In this document: in pieces, positions 56,135-64,000 of the stretch | Layout: every line of letters starts with the position of its first letter | How positions within the stretch are numbered: the stretch's first letter is position 1 | Assembly (NCBI GenBank): GCA_963678065.2 | Contig: CAXXVZ010000005.1 | Coordinates: 544,001 to 608,000 of the forward strand | Source: Treponemataceae bacterium | Lineage (GTDB): Bacteria > Spirochaetota > Spirochaetia > Treponematales > Rectinemataceae | Length of the DNA stretch: 64,000 bases | Direction: 5' to 3' | Position numbers and translations under genes: made by a program | Notes under the pieces: model-generated | Seen by the model: only the letters and a program-made list of their open reading frames with translations | Databases searched by the model: none | Told to the model about the DNA's origin: nothing

Positions 56135-56803
56135 CTATCTCTGTAAGAGTATGTTTTTAAGCACGAGGATATCCTCGCGCATGAGCGCCTGGGCCTTTTC
56201 CGAATCTCCGTCGCGCACAGCCTTGAGGATGGAAACATGGAGATGTTCTTCCTTGGGCTTGAGCCGCCCCTCGTGGATGAGCTGTATGCTCGCGCGGCGG
56301 ATGAGGTCGATGATGGGGGCTATGCAGCGCGCGAGGATGACATTGTTGGACATCTCCGCGAGGAAGAGGTGTATCGAATCCGCGCTCGAAATCCAGAGGT
56401 GGAGGTTTTCGTCGGAATCGTTCACGCAGCTGTATCGGACTATCAGGTCATCGAGCATTTCCAGACTCTCGGGCGAACGGTTGAGACAGGCCCGGCGAAC
56501 GCTCTCTGTCTCGAGGAGGAGGCGCACCTCGACGCAATCGAGGATCTCGCGCAGACTTATGGGCGCGACGCGGTAGCCCATGCGGGGCACGCTCTCCATG
56601 ATCCGCTCGGTGCACAGGGCGTGGAGGGCCTCGCGCACGGGGGCCCGGCTCATGCCGAAGGCCTCCGCGAGGCGCTGTTCGGCGAGGAATTCGTATTCCT
56701 TCACCTCGCCATGCAGGATCATGTCGAGGATGAGCCTGTAGGCTTCTTCCTTGCGGGTCCGACTCTGCGCCGCCCGCGCGCGGACGACGATGTCGGCGTT
56801 CAC
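56135..56803 (-). CDS. GntR/FCD-family regulator
   Basis: EQRLAEAFGMSRAPVREAL, EVRLLLE, EHL.IL. Confidence 0.88.
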   Translation of the reverse strand: MNADIVVRARAAQSRTRKEEAYRLILDMILHGEVKEYEFLAEQRLAEAFGMSRAPVREALHALCTERIMESVPRMGYRVAPISLREILDCVEVRLLLETESVRRACLNRSPESLEMLDDLIVRYSCVNDSDENLHLWISSADSIHLFLAEMSNNVILARCIAPIIDLIRRASIQLIHEGRLKPKEEHLHVSILKAVRDGDSEKAQALMREDILVLKNILLQR

Positions 56804-57744
56804 GAGTTCGCCCCCGCGATCGAGGCTTCCTTGAGCGCCAGCATGTTCTCTTTCGGCGTTCCCTCGAGGAATGTGCAGCCGGGCGCGAGAATGAAGCCAC
56901 GCCCGCCCGTCTGTCTGATCGCGTCGAGGGCCTGGGCGCGCACGCTGTCCGCAGAGGCGGTCACGGCGGCGACATGGTCCACGCCGCCAATGAGGCACTT
57001 GGCGGTTTTCACCCGCGCAGCGTCGAGGGAGGGGCCGGCCTGGCGGTCTTCCCAGCTCACGCCCTCGCTATCGTAGGAAGAGATGATGTCGAAATAGGAA
57101 CCGTGCTCGCCGTGGGAATGCACCATGACGGGCAAGGGTCGCATCGCGGCGATTACCTCGCGGTCAAAAGGCGCGGCGATGGAAGCATATTCGTCGTGGC
57201 TGAGCCAGGAGGGCTCGCAGCCGAAGCATCCGAGGAAGAAACCATCGATCCCTGCCTCTTTCCGCGCAGCTCCGACAAAGGCGACGAGGTTTCGCGAGAT
57301 CGTCGCGAGGCCGCGGACCGTCCTCTCCCGGTCTCTCCGGCAGTCCAGGACCAGCCTGGACCAGGCCATGCGGACGGCGATGTGGAAGGGGGAAAACACG
57401 GTGGCGACGACGGGCGTGTCGACATCGACAGCCTCCCTGATGCGCTTGAGCGATTCGAGATAGCGGCCCAAAGCGGCCTTGTGCGGGTCCAGGTCGACGA
57501 GGAGATCCCAAACCGAGGAGTCTACGGCAAACTGGTAGTTGACCGGAGTGTCGTAGAGCTCATCGTACATGACTTTCACATAATCCGGATCGAATTCCTT
57601 GTGGAATGCGAGAGTGTAGGCGACGAATTCGTCGACTCCGCGGTCCAGAACCGTCGAATGCTGGTAGATGGAGACGGGCACGCGGTCCGGCTTCCCGCCC
57701 TTGAGGGTACATTCCAACCTTTCCCGTTTGGTCATGCGGCTCAC
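56800..57744 (-). CDS. Uroporphyrinogen-decarboxylase/methyltransferase-superfamily protein
   Basis: MTKRERL...PDRVPVS, TVFSPF, HSHG, IGGVD, FILAPGC...EN. Confidence 0.75.
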   Translation of the reverse strand: MSRMTKRERLECTLKGGKPDRVPVSIYQHSTVLDRGVDEFVAYTLAFHKEFDPDYVKVMYDELYDTPVNYQFAVDSSVWDLLVDLDPHKAALGRYLESLKRIREAVDVDTPVVATVFSPFHIAVRMAWSRLVLDCRRDRERTVRGLATISRNLVAFVGAARKEAGIDGFFLGCFGCEPSWLSHDEYASIAAPFDREVIAAMRPLPVMVHSHGEHGSYFDIISSYDSEGVSWEDRQAGPSLDAARVKTAKCLIGGVDHVAAVTASADSVRAQALDAIRQTGGRGFILAPGCTFLEGTPKENMLALKEASIAGANS

Positions 57745-57751
57745 TTCCTGA

Positions 57752-57801
57752 TCATATCAGTGATATGACCAATGATATGAACAGCTTTTGAAATCTGTCA
57801 A
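57752..57801 (-). promoter_or_regulatory. Palindromic operator overlapping a promoter
   Basis: TCATATCA-G-TGATATGA (57752-68) plus a third half-site (57773-80); minus-strand TTGACA(57801-796)-N18-TATCAT. Confidence 0.7.
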
Positions 57802-58292
57802 CTGGGATTTTTCGGAAAGCCGGAGCGATGATCACAGGCTTGAATCGGGGGAATCCGCTTCGACGAGGAGCTGGAGATCCAGGGATCGGCCGATCCGGCC
57901 TGCCTCGAGAGATTGCTCCTGGACTTGCCTGACCTGGCGGGAACGGGCGGTTCGGGGAATGTCGCAAAAAACAAGCTCATCTGGCGCTCGGACGGAGCCG
58001 CCGACATGCGGACGGGCAGGAAAACCAGGCTCGAAATCTTCGTCGATCCGACGGCGGCGGGATCTATGGCGGCCTCGTGGGCGGACTGGGACTGGGCGCA
58101 GGCATGGGGGTGGGCGTCGGACTCGGAGCGATGCATTCGCCCGCTTTTGCGCTCATCTTTGCCGCCGCTTCGCTCGCGGGATCCTTCGGCCTGGCGCGGG
58201 TTGCAAACCGCCTGTCGCAGTCTGCAGCCCGTCACCCCGCAGTCGGCTGCACCCCGCCCCCGCAGTCTGCAGCCGCGGCAGGGCGCGGATGC

Positions 58293-59336
58293 CTACCTCT
58301 TGTTGAGGTACTTTCTGATATCGATGGCGACGGCCGCCACGATGATGGCTCCCTTCACGATCTGCTGCCAGTAGGGCGACATGCCGATGAAGGTGAGGCC
58401 GTAGTTGATCACCGAGAAGATGAGAACACCCACGATCATGCCGGGCACCGTTCCGACGCCGCCCGAGGTGGAGACACCGCCGACGACGGCCGCCGCGATG
58501 GCGTCGAGCTCGTAGGAGTTGCCGTAACTGTTCGTCGCGCCGCCCGTACGGGCAGCCTCGAGACAGCCGGCGAGGCCGTAGAGTGCCCCGGCGAGCGCGT
58601 ACACGATGAGAAGGTTTCTCGCGACCGAGACGCCTGAGACGCGGGCCGCCTCGGAGTTGCCGCCGATCGCGTAGATGTTCTTGCCGAAGCGGGTCTTGTT
58701 GTGGAGTACCCAGATTATGAACGCCATGCCGAGGGCTATGAGAACGATGTAGGGCAGAGAGTAGGTTGAGTCCGCCCCGATGTAGCCCGATCCGAGATTG
58801 ATGAAGCGCTTGTCCAAGCCCCCGATGGGCTGGGCGCCGTAGGGCGGCCTGTCGAAGTAGATCGAGTTGAGGCCGTAGATGGCGACCATGCTTCCGAGGG
58901 TCGCGATGAAGGGCGGGACCTTGAGGTAGGCGACGATGACGCCGTTCAGGAAGCCGAGCAGGGCGCAGATGGCGACGGCGGCGAGTATGGGGACGATGAC
59001 CGGCAGGAGCGGCAGGTCGGGGTACATGCGCCTCGCGTAGTCGGCCTGCTGCATCATGGATGCGGACACGACGGCCGCGAGGCCGACCATCCGGCCCGCG
59101 GAGAGATCGGTTCCGCCCGTGATGAGGATTCCGCCGACGCCGAGGGCGATGATGATCCTCGTCGCCGACATCGAGAGAATGTTCCTGAAATTGTCGATCG
59201 AGAGGAAAGAGGGCTCCAGGGCGATGATGACGCCGATTATGACAAGAAAGACCATGTAGATGGCATATTGCAGGGCGAGATCGCCCATCTTGATCGCATT
59301 GCGCGTTGCTGTTCCGGTTTTCTTCGGTTCGGACAT
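58293..59336 (-). CDS. mglC: Galactose/methyl-galactoside ABC permease
   Basis: GTDLSAGR, PPFIATLG, GAQPIGG, YELDAIAA.VVGGVS. Confidence 0.88.
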   Translation of the reverse strand: MSEPKKTGTATRNAIKMGDLALQYAIYMVFLVIIGVIIALEPSFLSIDNFRNILSMSATRIIIALGVGGILITGGTDLSAGRMVGLAAVVSASMMQQADYARRMYPDLPLLPVIVPILAAVAICALLGFLNGVIVAYLKVPPFIATLGSMVAIYGLNSIYFDRPPYGAQPIGGLDKRFINLGSGYIGADSTYSLPYIVLIALGMAFIIWVLHNKTRFGKNIYAIGGNSEAARVSGVSVARNLLIVYALAGALYGLAGCLEAARTGGATNSYGNSYELDAIAAAVVGGVSTSGGVGTVPGMIVGVLIFSVINYGLTFIGMSPYWQQIVKGAIIVAAVAIDIRKYLNKR

Positions 59337-59347
59337 GATCCTTCCTC

Positions 59348-60859
59348 TCACATGAACTGGGTGGCAAGGGTCATGATCGACTCCTGGGTCGCATCCCTGC
59401 CTTCGAGAATTCCTGTCATCCTGCCCTCGCACATGACCATGATCCTGTCGGACATGCCGAGAAGTTCGGGCATTTCCGAGGAGATCATGATGATACTTTT
59501 CCCCTTTTTGGCGAGATCGGCGATGATGGTGTAGATTTCGTACTTCGCTCCGACATCGATGCCGCGGGTCGGCTCGTCCAGGATGAGGATATCGGGCTCG
59601 GTCAGGAGCCATCGGGCGAAAAGCACTTTCTGCTGATTTCCACCCGAGAGATCCTTGATCCTGGTCCTCTCTGTCGGCGTCTTCACCCGAAGCGTATCGA
59701 TGCTCCGCTTCACATCGGCCTTTCCCCTCGCCTCGTCGAGAAACACATAGCGGATGTAGGACCCGAGATTGGCTATCAGCATGTTGTCCAGGACGGAGAG
59801 CATGGGAATGATGCCGGTGGCGCGCCGCTCTTCCGTCAGAAGGGCCATCTTCAGCCTCTTGGCTTTGATCGGGCTCAGGACCTTTTCCGCCTTGCCGCCG
59901 AGGATGAGGGAGCCGGATTCCACGGGACGAAGTCCGAATATCGACTCGACGAGTTCGGTGCGTTTGGCGCCGACGAGCCCGCCTATCCCGAGAATCTCGC
60001 CTTTGCGCAGCTCGAAGTTCACGTCGCGAAAGGAGCGCCGCTCCGCAGAGCTGAAGTCGCGCACGGAGAGGATCACCTCGCCCGGCACGTTGTCGCGCGG
60101 CGGGAAGCGGTTGGAGAGGTCGCGGCCGACCATAAGCTTGATGATGGCGTCCGTCGTGAGATCGGCGGCGTCGCGGGTGGCGATGCACTTCCCGTCGCGC
60201 ATGATCGTCACTTCGTCGGAGATTTCGAGAATCTCCTCCATCTTGTGGGAGATGTAGATGATGGCGACGCCCTTGGCGCGCAGGTCGCGTATGATGCGGA
60301 AAAGATGGTTGACTTCGTTCTCCGTGAGGGAGGAAGTCGGCTCGTCCATGATGATGACTTTTGCGCTGTACGACACGGCCTTGGCTATCTCGATGGACTG
60401 GATCTTGGAGACGGAGAGTTCGCGGACCCACTGCTTCGGGTCTATGTCGATCTTGAGTTCCGTGAAAACCCGCTGCGATTCCCTGTACATCTTCTTGTGG
60501 TCGACGAGGGCGAAGGGACCGAATTTCCGCACCGGGTAGCGGCCGAGCCAGAGGTTTTCCATGACGCTCCGGTAGGGAATCGGCAGCAGTTCCTGGTGGA
60601 TCATGGATATGCCCGAGTCCAGGGCCTGCCTCGAATTGGCGAAGGCCACCTGTTTCCCTTCGAGGAGGATCTCTCCGGCATCGGGGGTATAGATACCGAA
60701 AAGGCACTTCATGAGTGTCGATTTTCCGGCGCCGTTTTCGCCCATGAGGGCGTGCACCGTCCCCGGCTTCACCCTGAGGGTGACATCGTCGAGGGCGTTG
60801 ACGCCGGGGAATTTCTTCGTGATGCCCTTCATTTCGAGGACATAGCTTTGTTCTGTCAT
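59348..60859 (-). CDS. mglA: Galactose/methyl-galactoside ABC ATPase
   Basis: MGENGAGKSTLMKCLFGIY, MDEPTSSL, LSGGNQQKV, LDEPTRGIDVGAK. Confidence 0.88.
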   Translation of the reverse strand: MTEQSYVLEMKGITKKFPGVNALDDVTLRVKPGTVHALMGENGAGKSTLMKCLFGIYTPDAGEILLEGKQVAFANSRQALDSGISMIHQELLPIPYRSVMENLWLGRYPVRKFGPFALVDHKKMYRESQRVFTELKIDIDPKQWVRELSVSKIQSIEIAKAVSYSAKVIIMDEPTSSLTENEVNHLFRIIRDLRAKGVAIIYISHKMEEILEISDEVTIMRDGKCIATRDAADLTTDAIIKLMVGRDLSNRFPPRDNVPGEVILSVRDFSSAERRSFRDVNFELRKGEILGIGGLVGAKRTELVESIFGLRPVESGSLILGGKAEKVLSPIKAKRLKMALLTEERRATGIIPMLSVLDNMLIANLGSYIRYVFLDEARGKADVKRSIDTLRVKTPTERTRIKDLSGGNQQKVLFARWLLTEPDILILDEPTRGIDVGAKYEIYTIIADLAKKGKSIIMISSEMPELLGMSDRIMVMCEGRMTGILEGRDATQESIMTLATQFM

Positions 60860-60999
60860 CGTACCGACCCTGTAGTTCCGGATTTCATGATGTCGCCCGT
60901 AAAGATATGCCGAAGCGGGAAGCGCCCTTGGCGATCCGTAGAAATGTATTTCCACGGACCGCCAAGGTCTCCCGCTCCGATCATGAGACCGCGCGCTGT

Positions 61000-61986
61000 T
61001 TACTTGAAGTTCTTGTAGTTGGACCTGGTGACCATCTGGTAGGGGACCCAGACGTACTTTCCGTCGGAGATCTTCCAGCTGGTGGAGGTGACGGGTTTGC
61101 CCGTAGCGAGGGCGTAGGCGAGGTCGAAGGTGGCCTTGCCCTGGTTCTTGGCGTCGTTGAGGACGGTGCCGAGGAGGGTGCCCTGCTCGAGCGCGGCGAG
61201 GGCGGGGGCTGTGGCGTCGACGCCGACGACGGGGAGATACTTGGAGCCGGTGAAGTAGCCTTCCTGGCGGAGGGCTTCGATGGCGCCGAGGGCCATATCG
61301 TCATTGTTGCAGAGCACGACTTCGATCTTGTCGCCGAACTTGGCGTAGAAAGCCTTCATCTTCTCGACAGCTTTGGGGCGGTCCCAGTAGGCGGTGTCTT
61401 CGGCGAGTTTCTCGACCTTGATTCCGGCGGCGGCGATGGCCTTCATGGAGAACTCGGTGCGGAGCTCGGCGTCCTGATGTCCCGGCTCGCCCTTCAGCAT
61501 GATGTACTGGATGACGCCGTCCTTGTTCTTGTCGGCGGCGGGATTGGACTTCCAGTAGTCGACGACGATCTGGCCCTGCATGGTTCCGGACTGCTCGGCC
61601 TTGGCGCCGACGTAGTAGACCTGGTCCCACTTGGCCATGTCTTCGGGCAGGGGCTCGCGGTTGAAGAAGACGACCGGGGTCTTTTTGGCCTTGGCCTTGT
61701 CGATGATGGCGGCCGCAGCGGTGCGGTCGACAGGGTTGATGGCGATGGCGGCCATTTTCTTGGTGAGGAACTGGTCGACCTGGTCATTCTGGGTGGGCTG
61801 GGCGTTCTGGCTGTCCACCATCTCTACCGTCGCCTTGCCTTTGCCGTTCTCGAGAATGGAGTTGCGGACATAGGACATGAAGGTATCGTCGAATTTGTAG
61901 ATCGCCACACCGATCCTGGGTGTCTGGGCGAAGGCCATCGTGCCGCAGCACAGTGCCACAAGAGCCAGGGCAAGGAATCTTTTCAT
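61000..61986 (-). CDS. mglB: Galactose/glucose-binding periplasmic protein
   Basis: IYKFDDTFM, DSQN.Q..QNDQVD, FNREP, LKGEPGHQDA, NNDDMALG. Confidence 0.9.
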   Translation of the reverse strand: MKRFLALALVALCCGTMAFAQTPRIGVAIYKFDDTFMSYVRNSILENGKGKATVEMVDSQNAQPTQNDQVDQFLTKKMAAIAINPVDRTAAAAIIDKAKAKKTPVVFFNREPLPEDMAKWDQVYYVGAKAEQSGTMQGQIVVDYWKSNPAADKNKDGVIQYIMLKGEPGHQDAELRTEFSMKAIAAAGIKVEKLAEDTAYWDRPKAVEKMKAFYAKFGDKIEVVLCNNDDMALGAIEALRQEGYFTGSKYLPVVGVDATAPALAALEQGTLLGTVLNDAKNQGKATFDLAYALATGKPVTSTSWKISDGKYVWVPYQMVTRSNYKNFK

Positions 61987-62190
61987 CAAATCCTCCTGAT
62001 TTTTCCGGCTCGATCGCCGGTTCCGGCTTGATGCCGGTATGCTCATGGTAAGCCCTGTCCTGAAAACGCGATACAGGAAGGTTTTTGCGAGTTACAGGAT
62101 ATTCGCGCAGATGTGGCGTGGCCGCCGGGGAGAGTCTAGCACAAAAACCACCTGAAGGTAAAAAATTTACTATCCCGTAGAGAGCAGGAC

Positions 62191-62230
62191 TCAGTCACTT
62201 CTTCCTGTGCTCGGTCACTTCTTCCTGCGC
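62191..62230. repeat. 20-bp imperfect tandem duplication spanning a stop codon
   Basis: TCAGTCACTTCTTCCTGTGC / TCGGTCACTTCTTCCTGCGC (18/20). Confidence 0.75.
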
Positions 62231-63351
62231 CCGATCACATTCCGGTACACATCCTCCTCGAGCTGGAAGCCATCCTTGATGACCGTCTCCTTGAGGTTTT
62301 CCGCGCGCACGGACACCGGCTCGAGGATGTACCAGGGAACCCTGTATGTGCCGTCGGAGATGGCCTTGTGCACCGAGACGCGCTCCGAGCGGGCCTGGTA
62401 CATGGCGAGTTCGGCGGCCTTGGCCGCGATTTCACCGATGGGCTTGTAGACGGTCATGTACTGGCTGCCTTCCGCGATCCTCTGGCAGGCCGCGAGGTCG
62501 GCGTCGGCCCCGGCGACGGCCACTCTGCCCGCGAGGCGGTGGACCGACAGGGCCTTGATCGCGGCCTCGGCGAAAAAGTCGTTGGCCGCGATGATGGCGT
62601 CGAGCTGGAGACCCTCGCGGGCGAGACCGTCCGCGAAGGCGTAGGCCTCCTCGCTCCGCAGGCCCTCGGGGTGGAAATCTCCAGCCAGCTTGACCTTGCC
62701 CGCGGAGATGGCGGGTTCCAGGACCTGCATCCATCCTTCCCGTATCATGGCCGAGGTGGGATCGCTCGCGATGCCGTTTATCAGCGCCACGGTTCCGGTT
62801 CCTATCCGGTCGAGGATATCTTGGGCCTGAAGACGGCCGACCTTGCGGTAATCGAAGGAGAGGTAGAGATCGGAGTTGGCGTCACGGACGAGGCGCTCGT
62901 AGCTGAGGACCGGAATGCCTTTCCGCCTCGCCGCGGCGACGGCCTTGCTGAGGTAGACCGTGTCGCTCGCGATGACGACGAGGGAGTCGACCGGCATTTC
63001 CGCCATGGCGGTGATCTGCCGTTCCTGGAGACTTCTGTCTTCGTCCGCGATCTGGATCAGGACTTCGCCCCCGAGTTCCTTCACGGTGGCCGTGAAGATG
63101 TCGCGGTCCTTGGTCCAGCGGTCGGCGACGATGGAGTCGAGGGAGTAGCCGATGAGGGGCCGCGCGCGACTGGGTTTTGGTTTGGGGCTCTCCCGGGTGC
63201 AGGACAGAAGACCGGACAGGGCACAGCCAAGAATGACGAAAAAGACGAAAGGAGCGAGAGAGGAACGGGCACAGGCAGAGGATGGCGGCAGAATCTTTCG
63301 CGCGCGCGTCGCGGCCGCGCGGTTCACCGCGGGGATCGGGAGGAATTTCAT
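62215..63351 (-). CDS. XylF-like sugar-binding lipoprotein
   Basis: LLSC lipobox, RWTKDRDIF, GADADLAA..RI..G.Q.MTVYKP. Confidence 0.82.
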   Translation of the reverse strand: MKFLPIPAVNRAAATRARKILPPSSACARSSLAPFVFFVILGCALSGLLSCTRESPKPKPSRARPLIGYSLDSIVADRWTKDRDIFTATVKELGGEVLIQIADEDRSLQERQITAMAEMPVDSLVVIASDTVYLSKAVAAARRKGIPVLSYERLVRDANSDLYLSFDYRKVGRLQAQDILDRIGTGTVALINGIASDPTSAMIREGWMQVLEPAISAGKVKLAGDFHPEGLRSEEAYAFADGLAREGLQLDAIIAANDFFAEAAIKALSVHRLAGRVAVAGADADLAACQRIAEGSQYMTVYKPIGEIAAKAAELAMYQARSERVSVHKAISDGTYRVPWYILEPVSVRAENLKETVIKDGFQLEEDVYRNVIGRRKK

Positions 63352-64000
63352 TTCGTCTGTCCCCCCTGCCCCGCCGCGTACTCGCTCGGCGTCAGGCCGC
63401 AGACTTTCTTGAACAGCCTGGAAAAATAGTTCGGGTCGGAGTAGCCCGAGCCGGCGGCGATCTCCTTGATGCTGAGAATCCCCTCCGCAAGCTTGCGCCG
63501 CGCGCGCTCCATCCTGATGCCTGTGAGGTATTCGATAAAGGTGGTCCCCACTTCTTCGGAGAAGATCCGGGAGAGGTAGGCGGGGTTTGCGCCCACAGCC
63601 TCAGCCGTCTCCTCGAGGGAGATGGCCCTCGCGTAGTTTTCCCCCACGAATCTGAGGGCGTTTTCCACCACGCGCGGGCGGGTCGGGCGCGGACGGGATG
63701 GAATCCGCTCGGGGAATGCGGACAAGACTGCCGCAGAGTCCGGAGCTCCCGGCCCTGCGCCGCGCCCGCCACCGGTCTCGACGAGCTTCCCTGTGGGGGC
63801 CGATTCGGCGGCCGCGCGGGCCCCCAGCCAGACCCTCCGGGCCTCGATGCCGGTCCGGGCGAGTCCCACTCCGGCGGCGAGACCCTCTCCTCCGGGATCG
63901 GAGAGTATCGACGAGGCGGCAAATAAGGCGGCGGCGGCTCCCTCGGGGCCGGAGACGACGAACAAGACGGGAAAGGCGTTGTCCTCAGGCTGGCCGAAAA
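63348..64000 (-). CDS. AraC-HTH regulator C-terminus (possibly a YesN-like response regulator); 5' end outside the window
   Basis: ISLEETAEAV..NPAYLSRIF, FIEYLT..RM, GYSDPNYFSRLFKK..G.TPSEY; frame open to the window edge. Confidence 0.85.
   Translation of the reverse strand, partial: FGQPEDNAFPVLFVVSGPEGAAAALFAASSILSDPGGEGLAAGVGLARTGIEARRVWLGARAAAESAPTGKLVETGGGRGAGPGAPDSAAVLSAFPERIPSRPRPTRPRVVENALRFVGENYARAISLEETAEAVGANPAYLSRIFSEEVGTTFIEYLTGIRMERARRKLAEGILSIKEIAAGSGYSDPNYFSRLFKKVCGLTPSEYAAGQGGQTK

Noticed and set aside
56800..57744. Calling the gene hemE
   Set aside because: Lacks the HemE MRQAGR motif and has no tetrapyrrole gene context.
57798..58374. 145-186 aa ORFs between the UroD-like gene and mglC
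   Set aside because: Low-complexity, no RBS or motifs, overlap a promoter; no structured RNA family recognised either.
1..64000. CRISPR array, tRNA or rRNA genes
   Set aside because: No regularly spaced repeats or recognisable stable-RNA sequences seen by eye.

Overview
GC-rich chromosomal window. The lipoprotein signal style and gene content suggest a free-living, saccharolytic spirochaete (inference only). From left to right: a 3'-truncated peptidase M30-like lipoprotein and an InlB-repeat lipoprotein; sbcCD; a chagasin-like inhibitor and a hemolysin-III protein; a ~9 kb defence island (hsdR-hsdS-prrC-HEPN-MNT-hsdM, all overlapping, then a deleted mrr remnant and a truncated orphan); a large divergent sugar-catabolism locus (GH127, GntR, two split transketolases, GH78, carbohydrate ABC, racemase-like; DeoR, FGGY kinase, fucose-isomerase-like) with shared operator-like motifs; AKR, TatD, DMT; a stand-alone molybdopterin oxidoreductase with Lrp and DUF2917; a variant ykkC-type riboswitch ahead of an ABC-2 transporter; an outer-membrane-like protein plus GH9; a UroD-like/ATC-hydrolase-like/LIV-ABC/DhaKL/ribokinase operon; mglBAC with an upstream XylF-like lipoprotein and AraC-domain regulator. 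The most notable items are the nested Type I RM + PrrC + HEPN/MNT island (prrC is bracketed by short direct repeats) and the non-canonical ykkC aptamer. All calls come from motif reading; no database search was run.
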